From the NCBI GenBank assembly GCA_048885865.1, contig JBHLLF010000019.1, forward strand, positions 40,177-52,638: 12,462 bases of DNA, in the 5' to 3' direction. The stretch is from Candidatus Hermodarchaeota archaeon (GTDB lineage: Archaea > Asgardarchaeota > Thorarchaeia > Thorarchaeales > Thorarchaeaceae). The position numbers and the translations under genes are program-made. Below the pieces are notes generated by a model. It worked only from the letters and a program-made list of their open reading frames with translations, had not been told where the DNA came from and ran no database searches. Shown in pieces: positions 1-7,162 of the stretch (the stretch's first letter is position 1; each line of letters opens with the position of its first letter).

Positions 1-276
1 TGTTGGCCTTCTTCCTCGTCCTTCTTGAGTTGTGTCTACTCTGCCTTCAATGAATCCCAAGGATCTAAGCTGGGAAATTGCCACGCTGATGCTGCCACGA
101 GAATAGCCGGTAACTGAAGCAATTTCTTCCGGTGATAATGCTTGGCCAGACCAATAATAATCAGCTAGTAATACAGCTAGGATGTCACGCGCAGCTTCAG
201 AGAGTCCTATCCACTGAAGATGCTTTTTGCAGATTCTGAGAAATCTCACATAAGTGATTGAATCGCGATTTGTCAT
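1..276 (-). CDS. Winged helix-turn-helix transcriptional regulator, MarR/GbsR-like (3' end runs off the window)
   Basis: Not in the ORF track. Manual translation from the ATG at 276 is open to base 1: MTNRDSITYVRFLRICKKHLQWIGLSEAARDILAVLLADYYWSGQALSPEEIASVTGYSRGSISVAISQLRSLGFIEGRVDTTQEGRGRRPT. It has the GLS..A.IL..L segment, an HTH (LSPEEIASVTGYSRGSISVAISQLRSLGFI) and a GRGRRP wing. Confidence 0.8.
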   Translation of the reverse strand, partial: MTNRDSITYVRFLRICKKHLQWIGLSEAARDILAVLLADYYWSGQALSPEEIASVTGYSRGSISVAISQLRSLGFIEGRVDTTQEGRGRRPT

Positions 277-502
277 TCGATGAAACACTCTTCTACACTG
301 TAATAGGTTTACATCCAATATTCCTTTTCAATACATTTAAATCTTCTTAATTATTAAACATTTCTGAAAAAATCGGGATAATTCCGAAAATAAACGAATA
401 TGGTATGGACAGGGACCTGAACAGAAGCTGATTCAGATAAACAAGCATTGAAAGATTAATCTTCACGTATGCCCTATTCAATCTGTTCTCGTTCAATTTC
501 AT
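277..502. promoter_or_regulatory. Divergent AT-rich intergenic promoter region between the regulator and the kinase
   Basis: Purine run plus TTTAAAT on the minus strand at about 335-349 (BRE/TATA-like). GAAAGATTAATC on the plus strand at about 450-461, overlapping the perfect palindrome AAGATTAATCTT (452-463). Imperfect palindrome TCGG-N7-CCGA at 373-387. Confidence 0.45.
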
Positions 503-3500
503 ATGGAGGATATTGTGTTGAGAGTTCGTATCCTTGTTATAGACGACGACGAGGATCTGCTTTTCCTAGCTCAGCAGTTTCTAACTGCACAAGATTCAGA
601 CTTCAGACTACTGCAAACATCAACAGCACTGGATGCTCTTCGGATATTGGATGAGGAGGATTTTGACGCTGTGATTTGTGATTTCTATCTCGGACCTGAA
701 GAAATGAATGGATTACAGATTCTAGAGTGGCTCAGAGAGCGAGGCTGTAATACGCCATTCATCATATTTACAGGACGTAGTAGAGAAGAAGTGGCAATCC
801 AAGCACTGAATTTGGGTGCTGATTATTATCTAGAGAAAGGAGAGGATTTAGAGGGTCTTTTTACTGAAATTGGACACCACGTGAAGAGCGTTGTGAGAAG
901 TAGACGCACAGAAGAGGCACTTCATGAGAGCGAACAAAGATATCGAACGCTCGTGCAATCTATGAGCGATTTGATTTTTGTAATAGATGCTAGAGATCAT
1001 TTCTCACAATACCATTCAATTGTCGAAACTGACCTCTTTCCTGAGCCGGCTGATTTTCTTGAAAAGCACATTAGTGAAGTCGTTCCACCTCAAATCTCCG
1101 AACCTTATCTAAGGCTAGCAGGTGATGTTAGATTAGATGGCGTCCGAAAGAGTTTCGATTACGAGATTTGTCTCAAAGGCGAGATAAGATGGTACAGCGC
1201 AGACTTAGACCTCCATGAAGATGGAGAGAGCATAGTTGTATCCATTGCAGAAATAACTGATAGAAAAAGAATAGAAAATGAACTTAGAAATGCAGAGAGA
1301 GAGTGGAGGAATACATTCGATTCCATTCCTGATTTTGTATCTGTTCTGAATAACGAATTCCAAATCCTTAGTGGAAATAAGACAATGGCTGGCGCGTTGG
1401 GTGTGAATCCCGAGGAGCTGGTTGGCAAGAAATGCTATGAGGTCATGCATAAGACTGCGGAGCCATTTCCAGGCTGCCCGCACCTTGAAACCGCCAAAAG
1501 TGGCCTTCCAGCAACAGCTGAAATTCACGACCCATGTTTGAAAGCCCCATACTTGATAACGACCTCACCATTAATGAGTGAAGATGGAGAGCAAATTGGA
1601 GTGGTGCATATTGCCAAGGACATTTCTGACCGTGTTGAGGCCGAGGCGGCAATAAGAGCAAGCGAATCGAAATTCAAAACACTCTTTGAGCATGCAGGGA
1701 TTGGAATGGCACTTGCTAAAGGAGGCGAGCTTCTTGAAACAAATGGGGCATTGCAGGAATTCCTTGGATATGATGCTGATGAGCTAGCTGGGATGACAAT
1801 TGACCAAATCTCTCACCCTCTTGATAGGGGTAAAGATGCGGCGGAACTACAAAGGATAATTGATACAGGTGAAGACAGGTATCAGATGGAAAAGCGATAC
1901 ATTAGAAAAGCTGGTGAAACTGTTTGGGGCAGACTGACAGTATCACTAATCAGAGATGTAGGCGGAATTCCACAATACACGATTGGCATGGTTGAGAATA
2001 TTACAGAACAGAAAGAAACTGAATTACTACTAGATGAAGAGAGAAACCGTGCATCCACATACCTCAATCTCGCAGGAACCCTTATTCTTGCCACCGACAC
2101 TAATCTGCATATTACCATGATTAATGAAACAGGCTGCAAGATATTGGGGTTGCCTGAAGAAGAGATTTTGGGCAAAAATTGGATCGAATATTTCATTCCT
2201 CAAACGCATAAGAAGGAAATACGCGATTATATGCTGGGAATTATAGCTGGCGAATTTGAACCTTCAACAGCAAATGAAGGTCCGATTATCGATGCTTCTG
2301 GCAGAATCCGTTGGATTCAATGGACAGATGTGGTTGTGAGAGAGAAGGATGGTAAAGTTATCGGCACTCTTAGTGCAGGCCCTGATATCACAGAGAAGAA
2401 GCATGCAGAAGAAGAGCGACGAGCAAGTGATGAAAGATACAGACTCATATTTGATTATGCTCCTATCGGAGTTTCTCACTCAAATATGGAAGGCGATATT
2501 TTCAGAGCTAATAGTGCGCTAGAAGACATGCTTGGGTACAAAGCGGATGAATTTGCACAGATGAAAGTAGAAGCTCTAACACATCCGGATGATTGGGAAG
2601 TCGAAATAGGACTGAATCAAGAATTACTGGAAGGCACTAGAGATAGTTACACACTTGAAAAGAGATTCTTCCATAAGAATGGGCAGATAGTTTGGGGACG
2701 TCTCAATGTTTCAATTAAACGTGATGAGGAAGGCAAGCCAGAGTTTGTTATTGGCATGGCTGAAGATATCACGAGGCAAAAACAGGCAGAGGAAAGTTTC
2801 AGAGCTGTCTTTGAGCATGCTGGTATTGGCATGACAATTGTTGACAAGACTGACTATATTATAGAGGCCAATTTGGCATATCAAAAGATGGTTGGATATA
2901 ACCTTCAAGAGCTCCGGAGAATGAAGATTGCAGAATTCACTCATCCAGATGATGCTATGATTGATGCTGCATTATTCAATGAGGTGCTTGAAGGAAAAAG
3001 AGACAGCTATCAAATGATTAAGCGATACATCACTAAGAACGGGAATATGATATGGGTCAGTCTCACTGTATCAGTTGTTACAGATGAAGCAGGCAATATC
3101 ACATTTATTGTTGGAATGGTGGAGGATATTACTTCAAGAATGGATGCTGAAGAAGCACTAAAAGAGAGTGAAGAAAAATATCGAGCTCTTGTCGACAACG
3201 TTCAAAGCGGCATTCACATCGCACAAGATGGCATTAGTGTGTATGCTAATGAAATTCTTGCAAATATGCTTGGATATGAAATCGATGAGATTGTGGGATC
3301 ACCATTCACGAACATGATCGCACCTGAGGATTTGGATTGGATAAAAGACAGGTACAACAGAAGAATATCTGGAGAATCTGTGCCCTCAGAGTATGATGTG
3401 AGATTGCTACATAAGAACGGCAGTCGAAAATTCGCGCACTTGAAAGTTGCAAACTTCATTTTCGGAGGCAAGCTCTCTACGATAGCCACTGTGACAGATA

Positions 3501-6445
3501 TCACCGAAAGCAGAATGGCTGAAAATGAGCTGCGAGAAGGTGAACAGCGGTATCGTCTTCTCTATGAGAATTTGGCTGATGGACTGTTTATCACAAACCC
3601 GCAGGGAATAATCACTATGTGCAGTCCTCAAGGTGCGATGATATACGGAGGCACGCCTGAGGAAATTACTGGAACCCACTTTTCCATTTATGTTCATCCA
3701 GATGAAAGAAATAGAATAATGGATAAATTCAAAATGGGAATTGAAAACCAGGTCACCAAACCAGTGGGTTTCGAAGTCAAAGGGATTCGAAAGGATGGTT
3801 CTGATTTCTATTATCATATCACCAATACACTGCTTTTAGAGAATGGTGAGGTAACTGGTTACCAGAGTCTCATTCGAGACATTACTGAGTTCAAAAAGAT
3901 CGAAGATGCCCTGCGGGATAGTGAGCTAAGATACAGACAGATTGTAGAGTCAACTCCAATCGGGATGCACATGTATGAACTTGATAATAATGATCGACTC
4001 ATTTTCATTGGAGCCAATCCTGCAGCTGATAAGCTGCTGGGGTTAGATCATTCCCAATTTACCGGGAAAACCCTTGAGGATGCTTTCCCGGCGGCTGCCA
4101 ACACAGAGATACCTCGGAAATACAAGGAAGTTGCACTTACTGGAGAGGCATGGAGTAGTGAACAGGTTGACTATCAGGATGATAGAATCGCAGGGGCTTT
4201 TGAAGTACATGCATTTCAAGCAACTCCCCGGACAATGGTTGCATCATTCTTCGATGTTTCTCACAGAAAAGCAACTGAACACGCTCTTGAAAAGCAAACG
4301 AATGAATTGAGACAACGTGTCAAAGAGCAAACGTGTCTTTATGATGCGCTAAAACTGCTAGATTCCGCTGGAAAAATTGAAACTGTTTTCCAGAAGCTTG
4401 TTGAGATAATTAAAGGCGGTTGGCAGTTCCCCGATATTGCAAACGTAAGGGTGTTCTACAAGGGTCAGGAATACAAGGCGACTCCGTTTAGAGAATCTCC
4501 ATGGAAGCAAACAGCTGACATTGTAGTTTCAAATGAGAAAGTAGGCGAGATTCAAATATATTACACCGAAGAAAGAGCGACGTTGGATGAAGGTCCTTTT
4601 CTCATTGAGGAAAGGCAGCTTATTGATGCTCTAGCTGAAAATTTGAGTAGTTTCATATTACGAAAGAATGCCGAAGATGAGTTGATACGACAGAAGGAAT
4701 TTACGGAGACTGCGCTTAATGCTCAACGAGATACCTTTTTCGTTTTCGAACCCGCATCTGGGAAAGCTGTGAGATGGAATAAAGCATTCCGGGAAATCAG
4801 TGGCTATACTGATGAAGAAATAGCCTCAATGAAAGCACCAAGTTCCTACTATAGCCCAGAAGAACTTGAAACCGCCGAAATAATAATTGAGAATTTGATG
4901 AATGGTGCAACGGAAATAGTGGAATTAGCTCTCATTACAAAGGATGGCAAATCCATTCCTTTCGAATATATGGCTTCAACTATACCTGACGAGAATGGTC
5001 AACCAAAATACATCGTATCAGTTGGCAGGAGTATAGAAGAAAGAAGACTTGCGGAGGGTAAGATTGAGGAACATGTCAGCTTCCTTGAGAATGTATTGGA
5101 GGCACTCTCACATCCATTCTACGTCATCGATACCAATAACTTTAGGATTGCTCTAGCCAACAAGGCTGCAAGGCTAGGCCCCCTCTCTGAATCCTCGACA
5201 TGTCATTCTGTAACTCATAGGAACGATAAGCCATGCTTTAACACGGATCATCCATGTCCACTTGAAGAGGTAAAACGAACGAAGAAACCAGCTGTTGTTG
5301 AACACACGCATTTTGATGAAGACGGAGGACTCAGAGAGATGGAGATTCACGCATATCCAATCATGGATGGTAGTGGTGATGTTGTTCAGATGATTGAATA
5401 TGCACTCGATGTGACTGAACATAAGAAGACAGTAAGAGCTCTGGCAGATAGTGAAAAAAGATTCAGAGAGTTGTATGAGAATGCCCCCTTGGGATACCAG
5501 ACACTCGACAGAAGTGCAACCATTCTTAATGTAAATCAAGAATGGTTGAATGCTTTGGGATATACTCGCGACGAAGTTGTTGGTCAACATTTCGGCAGAT
5601 TTCTCACCGCCGAGTCAAAGCGAGCGCTTTCCGAGAATTTTGAGAAGTTCAGAAACGATGGGAGTATTAGCGATGTCGAGTACGAATTGATTTGTAAGGA
5701 TGGGTCGCATCTCATTGCAAGATTCAATGGGAGAATCGCTCTTGATGAGAAGGGAGATTTCAAACAAACACACTGTATCTTCCAAGATATAACAGAATGG
5801 AAGCTAACAGATGATCTATTGAGAAGGCAGAAAGAGGAACTCAGCGAGCTGGCTCATGTTATGTCTCATGACCTTGGAAACAAAATGAGAAATATCCAGA
5901 ATCTTGTAAAACTGCTCCGTCGTGAATACGATGAATCTGTGTTGGAGAGGATAGACAGCATAGCGCATCAGTCTTCTCATCTGCTTCATGCTTCAGCAGA
6001 CCTTGCTGATGCAGGTATGGTGGTCCAGAAACGAGAATTGGTAGATTTGAACGAAGTGATCAAAGAGATTGGCGCAACTACAATCCCAGATAACATCGCA
6101 CTCACAGTGGATAAGCTTCCCATCGTAAGGGGAAGCAGTGAAAAGATTGGCCAGATCTTCCAGAATCTATTTGCTAATGCAGTTGAGCATGCAATTCCCA
6201 AAGAAATCAAAGTCTGTACAGAAACATCAGACATGGGCACCTGGCTTATCGTAAGCAATGATGGTGCACCAATTCCCAAAGATATTCAGGAGAAGATATT
6301 CAGAAGGGGATTCACAACCAAAGAGAAAGGGACTGGCCTTGGACTCTCGATTGTGAAGAAGCTAGTGGAAGCCCATGGATGGAGAATCCAGCTGGGCCCA
6401 GAAGACCAGACAACTTTTCGCATTCTTTTAAGGCCATATCATTAG
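503..6445 (+). CDS. Cytoplasmic hybrid sensor histidine kinase: N-terminal receiver, 12 PAS/PAC domains, GAF-like insert, HisKA and HATPase_c
   Basis: REC motifs ILVIDDD, AVICD, FTGR, GADYYLEK. Twelve repeats of the E.RYR.L.E ... DIT.RK type. H-box SHDLGN, N-box QIFQNLFANAVEH, G1 NDGAPI, F-box IFRRGFTTK, G2 GTGLGLSIVK. No transmembrane segment evident. GGAGG at 505-509 suggests the true start may be GTG 515 or TTG 518. Confidence 0.95.
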   Translation: MEDIVLRVRILVIDDDEDLLFLAQQFLTAQDSDFRLLQTSTALDALRILDEEDFDAVICDFYLGPEEMNGLQILEWLRERGCNTPFIIFTGRSREEVAIQALNLGADYYLEKGEDLEGLFTEIGHHVKSVVRSRRTEEALHESEQRYRTLVQSMSDLIFVIDARDHFSQYHSIVETDLFPEPADFLEKHISEVVPPQISEPYLRLAGDVRLDGVRKSFDYEICLKGEIRWYSADLDLHEDGESIVVSIAEITDRKRIENELRNAEREWRNTFDSIPDFVSVLNNEFQILSGNKTMAGALGVNPEELVGKKCYEVMHKTAEPFPGCPHLETAKSGLPATAEIHDPCLKAPYLITTSPLMSEDGEQIGVVHIAKDISDRVEAEAAIRASESKFKTLFEHAGIGMALAKGGELLETNGALQEFLGYDADELAGMTIDQISHPLDRGKDAAELQRIIDTGEDRYQMEKRYIRKAGETVWGRLTVSLIRDVGGIPQYTIGMVENITEQKETELLLDEERNRASTYLNLAGTLILATDTNLHITMINETGCKILGLPEEEILGKNWIEYFIPQTHKKEIRDYMLGIIAGEFEPSTANEGPIIDASGRIRWIQWTDVVVREKDGKVIGTLSAGPDITEKKHAEEERRASDERYRLIFDYAPIGVSHSNMEGDIFRANSALEDMLGYKADEFAQMKVEALTHPDDWEVEIGLNQELLEGTRDSYTLEKRFFHKNGQIVWGRLNVSIKRDEEGKPEFVIGMAEDITRQKQAEESFRAVFEHAGIGMTIVDKTDYIIEANLAYQKMVGYNLQELRRMKIAEFTHPDDAMIDAALFNEVLEGKRDSYQMIKRYITKNGNMIWVSLTVSVVTDEAGNITFIVGMVEDITSRMDAEEALKESEEKYRALVDNVQSGIHIAQDGISVYANEILANMLGYEIDEIVGSPFTNMIAPEDLDWIKDRYNRRISGESVPSEYDVRLLHKNGSRKFAHLKVANFIFGGKLSTIATVTDITESRMAENELREGEQRYRLLYENLADGLFITNPQGIITMCSPQGAMIYGGTPEEITGTHFSIYVHPDERNRIMDKFKMGIENQVTKPVGFEVKGIRKDGSDFYYHITNTLLLENGEVTGYQSLIRDITEFKKIEDALRDSELRYRQIVESTPIGMHMYELDNNDRLIFIGANPAADKLLGLDHSQFTGKTLEDAFPAAANTEIPRKYKEVALTGEAWSSEQVDYQDDRIAGAFEVHAFQATPRTMVASFFDVSHRKATEHALEKQTNELRQRVKEQTCLYDALKLLDSAGKIETVFQKLVEIIKGGWQFPDIANVRVFYKGQEYKATPFRESPWKQTADIVVSNEKVGEIQIYYTEERATLDEGPFLIEERQLIDALAENLSSFILRKNAEDELIRQKEFTETALNAQRDTFFVFEPASGKAVRWNKAFREISGYTDEEIASMKAPSSYYSPEELETAEIIIENLMNGATEIVELALITKDGKSIPFEYMASTIPDENGQPKYIVSVGRSIEERRLAEGKIEEHVSFLENVLEALSHPFYVIDTNNFRIALANKAARLGPLSESSTCHSVTHRNDKPCFNTDHPCPLEEVKRTKKPAVVEHTHFDEDGGLREMEIHAYPIMDGSGDVVQMIEYALDVTEHKKTVRALADSEKRFRELYENAPLGYQTLDRSATILNVNQEWLNALGYTRDEVVGQHFGRFLTAESKRALSENFEKFRNDGSISDVEYELICKDGSHLIARFNGRIALDEKGDFKQTHCIFQDITEWKLTDDLLRRQKEELSELAHVMSHDLGNKMRNIQNLVKLLRREYDESVLERIDSIAHQSSHLLHASADLADAGMVVQKRELVDLNEVIKEIGATTIPDNIALTVDKLPIVRGSSEKIGQIFQNLFANAVEHAIPKEIKVCTETSDMGTWLIVSNDGAPIPKDIQEKIFRRGFTTKEKGTGLGLSIVKKLVEAHGWRIQLGPEDQTTFRILLRPYH

Positions 6446-6609
6446 ATGAATCTCATCCTTCAAGGAACTTGGGCTGGTGGGATTTGCAAGTCAATCCTAA
6501 ACAGGCTTCTATTGCAAGACTGTGGATAAAAGATGGGGATTCATTTGGGACAAAAGGCCTTCCAGGATCAGACCAGAGCAAAAACCCACCCATATTGTAG
6601 ATAAACCTC

Positions 6610-6885
6610 CTAGGTGCCTGGCGAAGGGACTTCTTTTTTGGATAGAAATTGAATTGCTTCATCTTGGATAGCACGGTCCTTTGCTCCAGGTAATTCCCTG
6701 ATGGATTTGAGATGTACTCCACTATCAAGACTTTCTAAGAACTGACATGCAGCACAGGTTTCATATGCACCATCGTCGTCAAGACCTTTTAGGAGATTCA
6801 CGAGTTCTTGAGTCCTAATCACTGCTCAACCTTCCAATTTCCAGGTCTATCCAAGTCCCTTAGCCAGGAGATCGAGGATATCCGT
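6610..6885 (-). pseudogene. Possible degraded HEAT/PBS-lyase-like repeat gene (70-aa ORF 6610-6822 plus an upstream out-of-frame fragment)
   Basis: LVNLLKGLDDDGAYETCAACQFLESLD...IRELPGAKDRAIQDEAIQFLSK follows the HEAT pattern L..LL.D.D..VR.AA..AL. A similar helix (DILDLLAKGLG*) lies just upstream in another frame. Judged by eye only. Confidence 0.3.
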
Positions 6886-6910
6886 TCATCCAGTCCATCC
6901 TTTTTATATT

Positions 6911-6940
6911 TATATATTTCGGATATATATGAAATATATA
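6911..6940. promoter_or_regulatory. Perfect 10-bp inverted repeat: back-to-back BRE/TATA-like elements and/or an operator
   Basis: TATATATTTC-GGATATATAT-GAAATATATA; each strand reads GAAA-TATATA pointing outward. Confidence 0.6.
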
Positions 6941-7052
6941 GATGATATTCTGATTGGGTTCCCGCTTCATGAACACTCCTCCCCAGCGGCCATGTCGCGA
7001 AAGGCTCATGCCTTTAACATTTTCTGTGCCATTTGAAAAAAGTGCCATCTAG

Positions 7053-7156
7053 TCGGCAGTAGTTGGGCACGAAGGCAACACTCAAATGTCGGCTAGAAGC
7101 GAAGGCTGACTGTGCCCAACTCAATTGAGTTGACGAATATCTGCTGCTCGGAGTGT
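7053..7156 (+). ncRNA. Candidate cis-regulatory structured 5' leader (riboswitch-like) of the AOR gene
   Basis: Nested pairings found by hand: 7053-7062/7141-7151; 7061-7070/7112-7121 (perfect 10 bp); 7088-7094/7104-7110; perfect palindrome 7117-7132; ACACTC 7078-7083 complementary to GAGTGT 7151-7156 in the RBS. No Rfam family recognised. Confidence 0.45.
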
Positions 7157-7162
7157 GTATGG

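Noticed and set aside
6568-6612. Pyrrolysine/selenocysteine readthrough of the minus-strand 70-aa ORF
   Set aside because: Reading through the TAG meets TGA after 13 codons and further stops; no recognisable domain results.
6961-7012. Minus-strand hairpin flanked by ATGA, resembling a SECIS element
   Set aside because: No apical AA motif, poor core geometry, and no UGA-containing selenoprotein gene upstream on that strand.
7112-7162. N-terminal extension MPNSIELTNICCSECVW of the AOR
   Set aside because: No RBS before GTG 7112, it lies inside the stem region, and a well-spaced GGAGTG precedes ATG 7163.
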